From a virus, in IMG/VR virus record IMGVR_UViG_3300050343_000182: 64,000 nt of DNA. One strand, 5' to 3'. The position numbers and the translations under genes are program-made. Of the stretch, positions 48,823 to 58,578 are shown piece by piece (position 1 is the stretch's first letter; each line of letters opens with the position of its first letter). The notes below the pieces were generated by a model. The model was not told the DNA's origin. It saw nothing but the letters and a program-made list of their open reading frames with translations, and ran no database searches.

Positions 48823-49318
48823 TAAGTTCCTACCCTTTAGGATGTGGGATGAGGTCTATGGGACCTTTCTAGGTAATAATTTCCCATGGTATTATTACCC
48901 ATTTGTTACTAATTCAGATGAAGAAACACAAGCAGATAGATTTCAGTTTGTGCATATTATTTCTGACATTAACAAGGGATATATCAGCAGCACTGCAGAA
49001 GATGTCGTTAAGATCTTTAATGATAGACTCAATGCATATGCTATTCTTAGGATTAAAGCAAACCTAACAACATATCAAGATCCTCCTTATGTGCCACCAT
49101 TTCATGTAGATTTGGATAACAAACTTGCAGACATAAGTAAGACTGCCATTTTCTATGTGAATGATACAAATGGTGGCACTGAGTTAGAAGATGGTACATT
49201 AATTGAAGGTAAAGGTAACCGACTGGTTATCCTTCCAGGCAATGTAAAACATCGTGGTATTGGTCAGACTGATGTGTCAAGCAGATGTGTGCTTAACTTT
49301 AACTATGTGGAGAAATGA
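48809..49318 (+). CDS. 2OG-Fe(II) oxygenase
   Basis: HVD...HRG...R. Confidence 0.85.
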   Translation: MEILDKFLPFRMWDEVYGTFLGNNFPWYYYPFVTNSDEETQADRFQFVHIISDINKGYISSTAEDVVKIFNDRLNAYAILRIKANLTTYQDPPYVPPFHVDLDNKLADISKTAIFYVNDTNGGTELEDGTLIEGKGNRLVILPGNVKHRGIGQTDVSSRCVLNFNYVEK

Positions 49319-49950
49319 AAACTGAATTGATATTTCCAACACCAGTTTGGAAGTTTGATAATGTAGGTGTAGACAGAGAACTTCTCACTGATTTTGTATA
49401 TCATGTGAAGGATGAAGATCCTGAGGGTCGTAAACAATCTAATGCTGGTGGATGGCAATCACATGACTTTATTGATAGTGTCATGGATAACAATCCATTG
49501 AAAGATATTAGAGATGCTATCATGGAGCGAGCATATGCTGCTGCTGATGAGTTTGGATTCAGTGATTACTCATTGAAAATGATCAACATGTGGATCAATA
49601 TCAATAACAAAGGTGCATCTAATCATCTCCACACACATCCTGGTGGTGTGTTGTCTGGTGTATATTATTTGAAACTGCCTGACTGTTGTTATGGTAACCT
49701 CTCATTCATTCGTGATCTTAATTACTCACAGATGAAAGAATACTGGGGTGATGGTAACAACGTGCATCGATGGGATCACATGAATGAGACAGAGCATGAT
49801 GTATTCCCAGAAGAGGATCAACTCGTAATCTTTCCAGCATGGTTACAACATGCTGTAGGCACATCATCTGGTGAAGGTGATAGAATCTCTATCTCATTTA
49901 ATATAACTGCATTCTCTAATCATTATCATGAAATATATCCAGGTAGATGA
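49315..49950 (+). CDS. 2OG-Fe(II) oxygenase (TIGR02466-like)
   Basis: WIN..HTHP..LSGVYY; FPAWLQHAV; RISISFN. Confidence 0.88.
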   Translation: MKTELIFPTPVWKFDNVGVDRELLTDFVYHVKDEDPEGRKQSNAGGWQSHDFIDSVMDNNPLKDIRDAIMERAYAAADEFGFSDYSLKMINMWININNKGASNHLHTHPGGVLSGVYYLKLPDCCYGNLSFIRDLNYSQMKEYWGDGNNVHRWDHMNETEHDVFPEEDQLVIFPAWLQHAVGTSSGEGDRISISFNITAFSNHYHEIYPGR

Positions 49951-50581
49951 TCTACTAACACCAAGTTATCTCAAGAGGTTATATACTCTGACCTCAGGGA
50001 TGAATGGATTCCCATGGTTTTTTCTATCTGAGGATATTAGTTACACACCTACAACTGCACAGTTTGGTGAAGTGCCACTAGGTGATATTCCAGAGCAGCA
50101 AAAGACTCTGGGATTTACTCATGTACTGTTAGATCAGGAGGGCGTAGAGAGTCCATTTCTGCCTATGTTTCAACCACTACTAGATAGTGTGAGTGATGCA
50201 TTACCTTATCCTGTTGAATTCTTTCGTGCTAGGTTGGCATTACAACTAGCAAACGGCAAAGACTCACACAACGGACCACATACTGATCATGAGAGTGATC
50301 ACTATGCAGCATTATTTTATCTACATGACAGCAGTGGTGACACTGTATTCTTTCATGAGTATGATAATCCAATGTATGGTGATGTTAACCAACGCTGGAC
50401 AAAAGCAAGAACACAGTCATATAATGAGTGCTTCAGATCAACACCGAAAGCAAATAAACTATTTGCATTTGATGGTCATCAATTCCACTCATCATCTAAC
50501 CCAACGACTAATGCATTCAGGGTTATATTGAATCTTAATTTTTATTGTGAGCATGATCTATTCGATTTTACAAAGTCTTGA
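49928..50581 (+). CDS. 2OG-Fe(II) oxygenase
   Basis: PHTD; GDTVFF; FDGHQFHSS; RVILN. Confidence 0.85.
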   Translation: MKYIQVDDLLTPSYLKRLYTLTSGMNGFPWFFLSEDISYTPTTAQFGEVPLGDIPEQQKTLGFTHVLLDQEGVESPFLPMFQPLLDSVSDALPYPVEFFRARLALQLANGKDSHNGPHTDHESDHYAALFYLHDSSGDTVFFHEYDNPMYGDVNQRWTKARTQSYNECFRSTPKANKLFAFDGHQFHSSSNPTTNAFRVILNLNFYCEHDLFDFTKS

Positions 50582-51248
50582 CAAAGACTGGAGCACTGAT
50601 GACAGTCCACACTATTGGCAGGGTATAGTCAAAGACCCTGAGAATTATGCTACCTACAAAGATGTGGAGTATTGTCTCAACAACCCACAATTCTTTGATG
50701 TACAGTTTATTGATAGGATTAGCAATACTTTCATACCATTGCCAACACATGAAAGATGTTGGTCACGTCCACACATGGAGCAGCGTGATATCATTGAGTG
50801 CTGGCATCATGGTCACAATGTTATCATCAACAATTTTGATCAGATTGATAGACAACGCCAGCAGATCATGCATGGTATTGAGGAATCATTCCCGCAAATT
50901 AGAGCATCGATGCACATATATGCTGGACTGAAAGATTGCAAATCATTTAAGATTCATGAGGACTATGCTAATAACTTCATCGTACAAGTGGATGGAGAGA
51001 CACATTGGCGTGTATATAATAACCGAGCATCTAATATAGTTGGACAGATACATGAGTGGAGTCTGACACACGATGACCTAGATTGTGCAATCGATGTTAC
51101 AATGAAACCTGGGGATGTATTATACATTCCTGCTAGATGTTATCATCATGCACAACCCTCAGGTAAACGATTAAGTGTTAGCATCCCTATGCAACATGGT
51201 TACCCTCACCTTAAACCACGCGACAGACACTGGTATGAAATCTTATAA
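50553..51248 (+). CDS. JmjC/cupin oxygenase
   Basis: HED; QVDGETHW; KPGDVLYIPARCYH. Confidence 0.85.
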   Translation: MIYSILQSLDKDWSTDDSPHYWQGIVKDPENYATYKDVEYCLNNPQFFDVQFIDRISNTFIPLPTHERCWSRPHMEQRDIIECWHHGHNVIINNFDQIDRQRQQIMHGIEESFPQIRASMHIYAGLKDCKSFKIHEDYANNFIVQVDGETHWRVYNNRASNIVGQIHEWSLTHDDLDCAIDVTMKPGDVLYIPARCYHHAQPSGKRLSVSIPMQHGYPHLKPRDRHWYEIL

Positions 51249-51852
51249 TCCATTCCCCATCATTCATCGATGTAAGTATGATTTTGGGTTTGAAGATTCA
51301 AAACTACAAGCAAGGACCATGGGTCACATGGTAGCAGCACAACAAGTGATCGACGACAACAACTATGCCACCCATGAGAAAGGTGGAGGGACTACAAGTG
51401 TGGTCATTAATAGAATCACACCACCTCATATATGGGAGGAGTTTGAAGATTTTATGCCATGGTTTTATGAGCGTATTAATAGGATTTGGGACCTATGGCA
51501 TCTCACTCCAATGAATAAAATGCTGTCAGAATCATGGATCAATGTGCATCCCAATGGTGCATGGACATCAGAGCATCATCATCAAAATGTCACAGTAGCA
51601 TGTGCTGCTTATCTATCAGTGCCTGAGGGTAGTGGTAGATTTATGGTGAAGAATCCATACTACCAATATAAACTATCAGAACCTCTTGATTATAATTATT
51701 ATGACATGGGTATGGACTGGGAGTATATCGAGGTGCAAACTAATGATGTGTTATTCTTCCCAGGATGGTTGACACATAAGACTGAAGTTAATAAAACAAA
51801 CAATGATAGATATGTTATGTCACTAAATGTAATGGGTAATTATGTCAATTAA
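51235..51852 (+). CDS. 2OG-Fe(II) oxygenase (TIGR02466-like)
   Basis: ESWINV..EHHH; FFPGWLTHKT; RYVMSLN. Confidence 0.85.
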   Translation: MKSYNPFPIIHRCKYDFGFEDSKLQARTMGHMVAAQQVIDDNNYATHEKGGGTTSVVINRITPPHIWEEFEDFMPWFYERINRIWDLWHLTPMNKMLSESWINVHPNGAWTSEHHHQNVTVACAAYLSVPEGSGRFMVKNPYYQYKLSEPLDYNYYDMGMDWEYIEVQTNDVLFFPGWLTHKTEVNKTNNDRYVMSLNVMGNYVN

Positions 51853-52546
51853 AGTACATGATACAAACCTAGTGAGTGATGAGTTATTCTCTCAGGTTGT
51901 GCATCTCCCATATTATTATACTAGAGTTGATGTGCCACCCACACAATCACAACCTGAATTAGATCTAGCAGGGATGTATTGGACACACCAGTTTTATAAC
52001 TATTGTCCAGTTGATGAACCTGATGAGTTGCAATCTCCAGGATTACATGGTAGTGAGAATCCATTGTGGACTGATGTGTTGACATATCTTGAAGCAACGT
52101 TGCCTGATATGCCAGCACGAGAAGAATGTTATGCAGCATATATCAACGTGCTTAAGTATAATGATAACCCAGGGATTCATTGTGATGCGCCATACTTTGT
52201 AGATGATAATAAGACTGTGTTGGTATATCTCAATGCAGAGTGGCATCCAAACTGGGGTGGTGAAACTATATTCTATGATGGTGACTTAGAACCACGACAT
52301 ATCGTGGCACCTAAACCAGGGCGTGTTGTTATGTTTGATGGGCGTATTCCTCACACTGGTAGACCACCAACGCCCAAGTTTATGTTTAACAGATACATCA
52401 TGGCATTCAAATATATGGATACTGAGACTAGACATAAACTGTTTGTTGATCACATAATAAATAATATGCCACCCGTTGAAGATCAAGGAATCGCTGGATT
52501 AAATGTTGAAACTGTGAAAAACATTTGGAAATCTATGGACAACTGA
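51842..52546 (+). CDS. 2OG-Fe(II) oxygenase, prolyl-hydroxylase-like
   Basis: HCD; WGGETIF; PKPGRVVMFDGRIPH. Confidence 0.87.
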   Translation: MSIKVHDTNLVSDELFSQVVHLPYYYTRVDVPPTQSQPELDLAGMYWTHQFYNYCPVDEPDELQSPGLHGSENPLWTDVLTYLEATLPDMPAREECYAAYINVLKYNDNPGIHCDAPYFVDDNKTVLVYLNAEWHPNWGGETIFYDGDLEPRHIVAPKPGRVVMFDGRIPHTGRPPTPKFMFNRYIMAFKYMDTETRHKLFVDHIINNMPPVEDQGIAGLNVETVKNIWKSMDN

Positions 52547-52584
52547 TCTTAATACGTTAACATACTCATGTCGGAGTATCACTC

Positions 52585-52740
52585 ATGTTTAATAAGTCTG
52601 CCATCCTCTCACAGCAGGAAAAGTCCATCTTGAAGCACGCTCTCTTCTTATATCAGAAGAATGCACATGAAAAACACGGTCACATGACAACCGTGCAGAA
52701 TGAATCACTTAAAAGTATAGTTGACACACTACATTTGTAA
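52585..52740 (+). CDS. Small hypothetical protein (51 aa, not in track)
   Basis: MFNKSAILSQQEKSILKHALFLY...; TAATG overlap. Confidence 0.6.
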   Translation: MFNKSAILSQQEKSILKHALFLYQKNAHEKHGHMTTVQNESLKSIVDTLHL

Positions 52741-53360
52741 TGGAAATCTTACCTCTCTTCTCACAACCAGTTTATATTGACGTTGTTAATCTAGACTCCG
52801 ATGTATTGAGGAGAGCAGAAAGAACACCCATGCAAGATATGTCCCTAGATGGTGCATACAAGAAGAATGGATCCATGTCACAGGACACACAGTGGTTATC
52901 TAATCACTTAGATGTCAAAGATATTGTTGATCAACACATGGACATATATGTGCATGAAGCATTAACAATCAGTCGTAAACACAGATTACAACATCAATCA
53001 TCATGGATTAATCACCATGGTATTGGTGACAGCGCCGCTGAGCATACTCATGTCAATAGTATGTTTAGCGGTTGTTTGTATATTAAGGTGCCTGAGAATT
53101 GTGGTGAGTTTCGCCTGAGGATGCCCACCATGTTTCCGACTTACTTGACAAGCACCGTGCAACCTGATATCATGGAGAGCAACTACCTTAATCAACGGGA
53201 GTTTCCAATCGAACCATGTGAGGGGACTATTATTATCTTCCCATCTCACTTGCCTCACTATGTGTCACCCAGTGACACTGAAGAAGATCGCTACTCATGT
53301 GCCTTTAATTATTTCCTTAAAGGTCCATTTGGTTATGAAGACACTGCATTAACCTTATGA
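52740..53360 (+). CDS. 2OG-Fe(II) oxygenase (TIGR02466-like)
   Basis: SSWIN..HTH; FPSHLPHYV; RYSCAFN. Confidence 0.87.
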   Translation: MEILPLFSQPVYIDVVNLDSDVLRRAERTPMQDMSLDGAYKKNGSMSQDTQWLSNHLDVKDIVDQHMDIYVHEALTISRKHRLQHQSSWINHHGIGDSAAEHTHVNSMFSGCLYIKVPENCGEFRLRMPTMFPTYLTSTVQPDIMESNYLNQREFPIEPCEGTIIIFPSHLPHYVSPSDTEEDRYSCAFNYFLKGPFGYEDTALTL

Positions 53361-53686
53361 CTATCCCACTCTTTATCTCTGAATCTGTGCCTAAAGAAGT
53401 AAGCAACATCCTACGATCTCTCGAAAAGGGTATGCCTGCAAGGTATAAAGACTTCGAGGGCACGATTGAATTCGTGAGTGATGAATATATCACTCTATGC
53501 ATCTCCCAGAAACCTAATCCACCAGGATATAGACAACCATACAACAAATGCTGCATGTGCATCTATCCCCAATATTGGGACGATCTAGAGATCGAGGATG
53601 AGCACTTCTATGATCACAAAGCATTTAGGGGCACGACTGATGATCACCCAGGTAACGATATGCTACCAGACCTTGACAAGAGATGA
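53357..53686 (+). CDS. Hypothetical protein
   Basis: GTIEFVSDEYITLCI. Confidence 0.7.
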   Translation: MTIPLFISESVPKEVSNILRSLEKGMPARYKDFEGTIEFVSDEYITLCISQKPNPPGYRQPYNKCCMCIYPQYWDDLEIEDEHFYDHKAFRGTTDDHPGNDMLPDLDKR

Positions 53687-53701
53687 GTTTTGCCTTATAT
53701 T
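53673..53701 (+). promoter_or_regulatory. Sigma70 promoter
   Basis: TTGACA-17-TATATT. Confidence 0.8.
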
Positions 53702-53749
53702 AGCGGAGTTGGCAACTATACTGCCAATTTCCAATATAAGGACAACACC

Positions 53750-54667
53750 ATGAATATCAAAGATGCATTTGAGCACTGTAACATCAACGTGCCTACACAT
53801 TATACTGGGGAGTTAATGCCCTATCGTTTAATGTACGTTGATGATTTTAAGATTGCCAAAGAATATCAGCGTCACATTTCACCTTCTGCCATTAAGAAAG
53901 GTGGAGCACTTGATCTCAACAAACTGACTCCAATCGTTGCATGTAAGCGCCCTGATGGCGATCATTATGTGGTTGATGGTCAACATCGCACCCTCAGAGT
54001 AATCAATAGTGATTACATTGGGAAGGTGCCTGTTGTTGTGTACGAGCATCCTGCAGATAGTACTATACTTGAATGCATGACACTTGAAGCACAACTATTC
54101 TTTGAATTGAATAGTCTATCCAAGAAACCTACCAAACTTGATGAAGTCAGAGCAGGTATCTTTACTAAAGATCCTAAATCTATGAGAGTATATGATTCTC
54201 TTATGGCATTGAATGCATGTGCAGACAATGTAGGATCACTAGAAGATAATGCACTTGAGGTGACAGTATTCTCGCATTTCTATATCTGTATCAATACAGA
54301 CTATAAGAATGAATTACATAAAGTAATTGCGGGATGGCATCTCTATAAGGCATTGTTTCCCAAAGAAACAACACATAATATCAACAGTTATATGCTTCGA
54401 GCATGTTGTTTGATTGAAGAGTTTGCCAACAACCTATCAAATGGTCGTGGCATTCGATTCAATAAGTATCTCCTAGAAGTGTGGGCACAAAAATCCATCC
54501 CTTCTATTGTGCGTGGTCGTGCTACCACTCAGTCACCCCAATACATCCTTGATGATGTTATCAGGGGATTCAATGACTGGAAAGGTAGTGAGAACTATGC
54601 CATCGGTGCTAAGCGCCGTCAGGATATGGCACTGGCGAATCCTCGCTTCCTTGTGCCAGTTGACTAA
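53750..54667 (+). CDS. ParB/Srx-fold DGQHR protein (DUF6551-like)
   Basis: YQR, PIV, YVVDGQHR, AQLFFELN; start after AAGGA. Confidence 0.75.
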   Translation: MNIKDAFEHCNINVPTHYTGELMPYRLMYVDDFKIAKEYQRHISPSAIKKGGALDLNKLTPIVACKRPDGDHYVVDGQHRTLRVINSDYIGKVPVVVYEHPADSTILECMTLEAQLFFELNSLSKKPTKLDEVRAGIFTKDPKSMRVYDSLMALNACADNVGSLEDNALEVTVFSHFYICINTDYKNELHKVIAGWHLYKALFPKETTHNINSYMLRACCLIEEFANNLSNGRGIRFNKYLLEVWAQKSIPSIVRGRATTQSPQYILDDVIRGFNDWKGSENYAIGAKRRQDMALANPRFLVPVD

Positions 54668-54710
54668 ACTGTCCACTAAAGTTGACGTGCATCATTTTTT
54701 GGTCTATATT
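54652..54710 (+). promoter_or_regulatory. Early promoter with bipartite upstream element
   Basis: TGTGCCA-N8-AACTGTCCAC, then TTGACG-17-TATATT. Confidence 0.75.
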
Positions 54711-54817
54711 AGATGAGTTGAGGGGCACAGGACACCCATTCACCGCTCCTAAGTGAGTCAGTTGGCAACTCTACTGCTGGTGATAAACTCAACACTCTAA
54801 TATCGAGAAACACAACA

Positions 54818-55420
54818 ATGACAAGCAACGCACAACTCGCTGATGCCCTCTTCCGCATCATCCCTAAAGCACTCTCACTGAGCACACAGCGCCTTCAGAA
54901 GGGTCTCTCAGTCATCTCAGGCGGTCGTTTCAACGACCTTGATGAGTATTTCGGAGACAACACCGTTGACAAGACAAAACTGCTTGCCAACATCTTCAAC
55001 CCTGCCCTTGAGGACGCTGCCAAGAATCTCGGCGTTGATTATATCACCGAAGAGACTGTAGGTTATGATGCTATTCTCCTCGCTGAAGAGATTGAGAACA
55101 AGTTGACATTGGGCAGCACAACATCATCCTTTGCTACTGGTAACAACCACAGCAAGACTAAGGTTGATAAGATCTTCGTCTGCAAACTGCAGCAGAATGG
55201 TAATGACTTCCCTGAGGTATTCGCTGCCATTGTTGATCTGTCACTCGCTACTAATCCTGCCACTGGTTGGTCTGATAGCGTGACAGCAACAGGTAAGAAT
55301 AACAACGGATTCAGCACCCTGAAGATTCACAAAGAGGACGCATTGTGCGTTACTCCAATCTATGGTAAGATTAGAAAGACTACTAAGTACATCCACACCG
55401 AGTATGAAACTGTCGCTTAA
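54818..55420 (+). CDS. Putative PD-(D/E)XK restriction endonuclease
   Basis: GYD-x8-ENK pattern; overlaps the MTase gene by 17 nt. Confidence 0.55.
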   Translation: MTSNAQLADALFRIIPKALSLSTQRLQKGLSVISGGRFNDLDEYFGDNTVDKTKLLANIFNPALEDAAKNLGVDYITEETVGYDAILLAEEIENKLTLGSTTSSFATGNNHSKTKVDKIFVCKLQQNGNDFPEVFAAIVDLSLATNPATGWSDSVTATGKNNNGFSTLKIHKEDALCVTPIYGKIRKTTKYIHTEYETVA

Positions 55421-56243
55421 TGAAACTCACCTCATGAATTGCATCGAAGGTATGCAACTCATGGATGCTGAATGTATAGATCTTGTGGTCACATCACCTC
55501 CGTATGATGACCTCAGGACCTATAACGACAGCAGTAAATGGGATCATGAGGTATTCATGAGCGTCGCAGATAACCTCACCCGTGTGTTAAAGCAGGGTGG
55601 AGTTATCATGTGGAATGTTAACGATGCCACAGTCAAAGGATCAGAGACTGGCAGTAGTTTCCGTCAATGCCTATATTTTATGGATCAATGTGGTCTCAAA
55701 CTACATGACACCATGATATATGAGAAGACAGGCACTGCCTTCGCATCTGGTCCTAAGAGTGTAAGATATACTCAGATCTTTGAGTATTGTTTTATACTCT
55801 CCAAGGGTAAACCCAAGACCATTAATCTTATCCAAGATAAGAAGAATGCATGGGCAGGGTATACGAGTTTCGGCAATGCTAAGACTCGTAAGAAGGATGG
55901 CACCATGAATGATCCAGGCAAGAAGTCTAAAGTTATTCGTGAGTATGGTGTCAGGACTAACATCTGGAAGATCAAAAACTCAGGAGGTTTCGGACAATCA
56001 TCCAAGGCAAGTTACAAACATCCAGCAACTATGCCTGAAGAGTTAGCACGAGGACACGTTCTTACATGGTCTGATGCTAATGACACAATTCTCGATCCTT
56101 TCATGGGAGCAGGCACCACCGCTCAGGTTTGCCTAGAAGAGAATCGTAATTTTATCGGTTTTGAGATCGATGAAACATATCATCAAATGTGTGCAGAGCG
56201 TGTGCTACCATGGACAGACAACGTATTCACTCGTTTACAATGA
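55404..56243 (+). CDS. Beta-class N4-C/N6-A DNA methyltransferase
   Basis: DLVVTSPPY (IV); HPATMP; LDPFMGAGTT (I); FIGFEID. Confidence 0.93.
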   Translation: MKLSLNETHLMNCIEGMQLMDAECIDLVVTSPPYDDLRTYNDSSKWDHEVFMSVADNLTRVLKQGGVIMWNVNDATVKGSETGSSFRQCLYFMDQCGLKLHDTMIYEKTGTAFASGPKSVRYTQIFEYCFILSKGKPKTINLIQDKKNAWAGYTSFGNAKTRKKDGTMNDPGKKSKVIREYGVRTNIWKIKNSGGFGQSSKASYKHPATMPEELARGHVLTWSDANDTILDPFMGAGTTAQVCLEENRNFIGFEIDETYHQMCAERVLPWTDNVFTRLQ

Positions 56244-56524
56244 TGCTTCCCGAGAGTTTCACACACAAACCACCTAAAGGATTTCACTATGAAGTACAAC
56301 CCTTTAAGCGTAATGTGCTTTCTATTTGGTTACACCATCCCGATATGTACACTTATACTAGCGATCGTGTTGCTACGATCTGGGGATTCTACAACACTAA
56401 GAAATGCCAGTATTATGCGCCAAGAAATTGTAAATCAGTGGGTAACCCCGTAGATTTCGATGACACTCGCTCTCGCACTGCTATGCAACTCGATCTAGGT
56501 CCACTTGCAGGTATTCTATGTTAA
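56240..56524 (+). CDS. Hypothetical protein
   Basis: ATGA overlap; FTHKPPKGFHYEV. Confidence 0.72.
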   Translation: MMLPESFTHKPPKGFHYEVQPFKRNVLSIWLHHPDMYTYTSDRVATIWGFYNTKKCQYYAPRNCKSVGNPVDFDDTRSRTAMQLDLGPLAGILC

Positions 56525-56721
56525 GAGGTAAATGTAAAGTCACGCCCAAGAGTGACAAGGCAAAGACCATTTTTGCCAACAATCTAAACTCTAAATCATT
56601 AGTCTATCTTGAGCACAAACGTGCTGATCGCTGGTTCTTCAGTGCTCTTGACAATGTAGAATTCTGGTTCTGGGTAGACTATCCACATGACAATGACTGG
56701 GACTATCATGAAATCAACTAA
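56518..56721 (+). CDS. Hypothetical protein
   Basis: Operonic; VTPKSDKAKTIFAN. Confidence 0.68.
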   Translation: MLRGKCKVTPKSDKAKTIFANNLNSKSLVYLEHKRADRWFFSALDNVEFWFWVDYPHDNDWDYHEIN

Positions 56722-56920
56722 CGAATTGCCACCCTATTTCACACAGACCAGCGATGCCCCTTATGATCGTCACCGATATAAGATATGGTGCAAAGATGAT
56801 AGTGTGAAGATCGTATCCTCATGGGAGGAAGCACAAACAGCATGGTGGAATTATCACCAATTCATTAAAACTATTGAGGTAATCGATGCAAAACAACAAC
56901 AACCCAAAGGATTTCAATGA
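56708..56920 (+). CDS. Hypothetical protein
   Basis: DAPYDRHRYKI. Confidence 0.7.
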   Translation: MKSTNELPPYFTQTSDAPYDRHRYKIWCKDDSVKIVSSWEEAQTAWWNYHQFIKTIEVIDAKQQQPKGFQ

Positions 56921-57098
56921 CGTTGATGGTCTCTCCATCACAACAAATGATGATGGCACATTTGAAGTGCAATGGGATGAGAATGACCCTAGATATAGTA
57001 TGTTTAAGGGTCTGACTGAAGAGCAGATTCAACTCATGATCACAGAAGGATTGCGTGAGATTATTAACAGGGAGGAAGACGATGACGAAGGATGGTAG
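56886..57098 (+). CDS. Acidic hypothetical protein
   Basis: DGTFEVQWDENDP. Confidence 0.65.
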   Translation: MQNNNNPKDFNDVDGLSITTNDDGTFEVQWDENDPRYSMFKGLTEEQIQLMITEGLREIINREEDDDEGW

Positions 57099-57288
57099 AG
57101 CAGAAGGTGAGAAAGTTGCTAAGGCATTAGATCAACTTAAGGACCTGATGGCACGTTATTCTGATACAACATTCAGCGGTGAAGAGTTGGATGTTAGTAT
57201 TAGTGAGCGTGTCAATAAGTGTAAGGAATTAAACGAACTATTAGACTCAGCACATGATGCATCCCAAGGACGAGATAACGATAGTTGA
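57082..57288 (+). CDS. Hypothetical protein
   Basis: RBS GGAGG. Confidence 0.65.
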   Translation: MTKDGRAEGEKVAKALDQLKDLMARYSDTTFSGEELDVSISERVNKCKELNELLDSAHDASQGRDNDS

Positions 57289-57805
57289 TGACTATTTCCC
57301 ACCATGGATGGTGGAGAAAGTATCACGAGATCTAGAGTTTATGCCTGTTAGGTATAATAACTCACCGTATGCAGATTTTGAGAAGGCACGATTCTTCGGG
57401 TCGATGTTAGTGGAGAATGATCAATTCGTTGACATTCAACCATGGTGGTTTATTGAATATTTCAATCACTGCATGTGGAATGATTTGTGTAAAGAATGGA
57501 CTGTGGGTCACTGTCATCGTGTGCTCCTAAATGCCCAACTTGCTGGTCAATCAGGGTGTGATCATACTGATGCTGATAGTGATAATTATTTGAGTGTTAT
57601 CTACATGGGGCATGGTAACAGTGGCAATACTGTGTTTGAGGATGATACTGTAGAATGGAAACTAGGTCGCTTAGTTATATTCAACTCAAGTGTGATCCAT
57701 CGCGGTGAGGGACCTGAGAGCGGATACCGTGTGAGTCTGGGAGCAGTCTACCCTAGTGTGCCGATCACCAAACTGGTATCAATTGACGGCACAGGGGCAC
57801 CCTGA
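57254..57805 (+). CDS. 2OG-Fe(II) oxygenase
   Basis: IVDDYFP; HTD; FNSSVIHRG; RVSL. Confidence 0.85.
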   Translation: MMHPKDEITIVDDYFPPWMVEKVSRDLEFMPVRYNNSPYADFEKARFFGSMLVENDQFVDIQPWWFIEYFNHCMWNDLCKEWTVGHCHRVLLNAQLAGQSGCDHTDADSDNYLSVIYMGHGNSGNTVFEDDTVEWKLGRLVIFNSSVIHRGEGPESGYRVSLGAVYPSVPITKLVSIDGTGAP

Positions 57806-57816
57806 CCCCTTATAAT
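57756..57816 (+). promoter_or_regulatory. Early promoter with bipartite element
   Basis: GTGTGCCG-N7-AACTGGTATC ... GGCACA-17-TATAAT. Confidence 0.65.
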
Positions 57817-57838
57817 TGATTCATCAGCAAACGACACG

Positions 57839-58033
57839 ATGATCAGGACTATCACCAAAGCACAAGCACTAGAGCAATTCCGTTATAATTGGAAGGTCTC
57901 AACAATGCAGAATCCTCGCCTACGTGGTGATTCTATTGCAAAGCGTGAAGAGTGGTCATACTTTACTGACTCACTTTGCAAGGAAGGTTATATCACCTTG
58001 AGCAAGTACGAGTCATGGTCTAACCCTTTCTGA
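57839..58033 (+). CDS. Early hypothetical protein
   Basis: ITKAQALEQFRYNW. Confidence 0.7.
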   Translation: MIRTITKAQALEQFRYNWKVSTMQNPRLRGDSIAKREEWSYFTDSLCKEGYITLSKYESWSNPF

Positions 58034-58051
58034 TCACCCTAATTAACAACA

Positions 58052-58306
58052 ATGACTGACTTTATTTGTGCCTACTTTGGCAAAGATTGGACCATCACTG
58101 CCCGAGGTTTCGCTAACACTCAAGAGGCAGAAAAGCATGGTCTGTTTATGATGCCAACACCAGGATGTTTTGGTTTCGCTGTTATTGCTGAGAATGACAT
58201 TGTGGAGGGTTGGCAACTACGACTAGAGCGTAGTTTGTTATCACCAAACGAGCGAGTCATCAAAGACAATCTCAACAACTACAAAATTGTTTCTTATGCC
58301 AATTGA
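58052..58306 (+). CDS. Early hypothetical protein
   Basis: 84 aa. Confidence 0.68.
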   Translation: MTDFICAYFGKDWTITARGFANTQEAEKHGLFMMPTPGCFGFAVIAENDIVEGWQLRLERSLLSPNERVIKDNLNNYKIVSYAN

Positions 58307-58511
58307 TAGTAAAGCAAGAGTATTAGGCAGCGTTGGTGTCATCACTGCCTATTTTATCATCCTCCATGTGAATATCTTACTCGGTGTAAGTATTCAACTT
58401 ATTGCTGATTTAATCAGTGTGCCCTATTTTGTAAGAACTAGAGCATGGGACGTGGTGATCATGCTCTCGTTTCTCCTCGTGATCAGTCTCTCAAAACTGA
58501 CCACCTCGTGA
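58296..58511 (+). CDS. Small membrane protein
   Basis: Three hydrophobic segments. Confidence 0.68.
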   Translation: MPIDSKARVLGSVGVITAYFIILHVNILLGVSIQLIADLISVPYFVRTRAWDVVIMLSFLLVISLSKLTTS

Positions 58512-58554
58512 AGTGTCCACTATAGTGGCACAGCACCCCAAAACCGTGTATATT
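58511..58554 (+). promoter_or_regulatory. Early promoter
   Basis: AAGTGTCCAC ... TGGCAC-17-TATATT. Confidence 0.6.
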
Positions 58555-58578
58555 AAGAGAGTCAAAGAAACGCATCAC

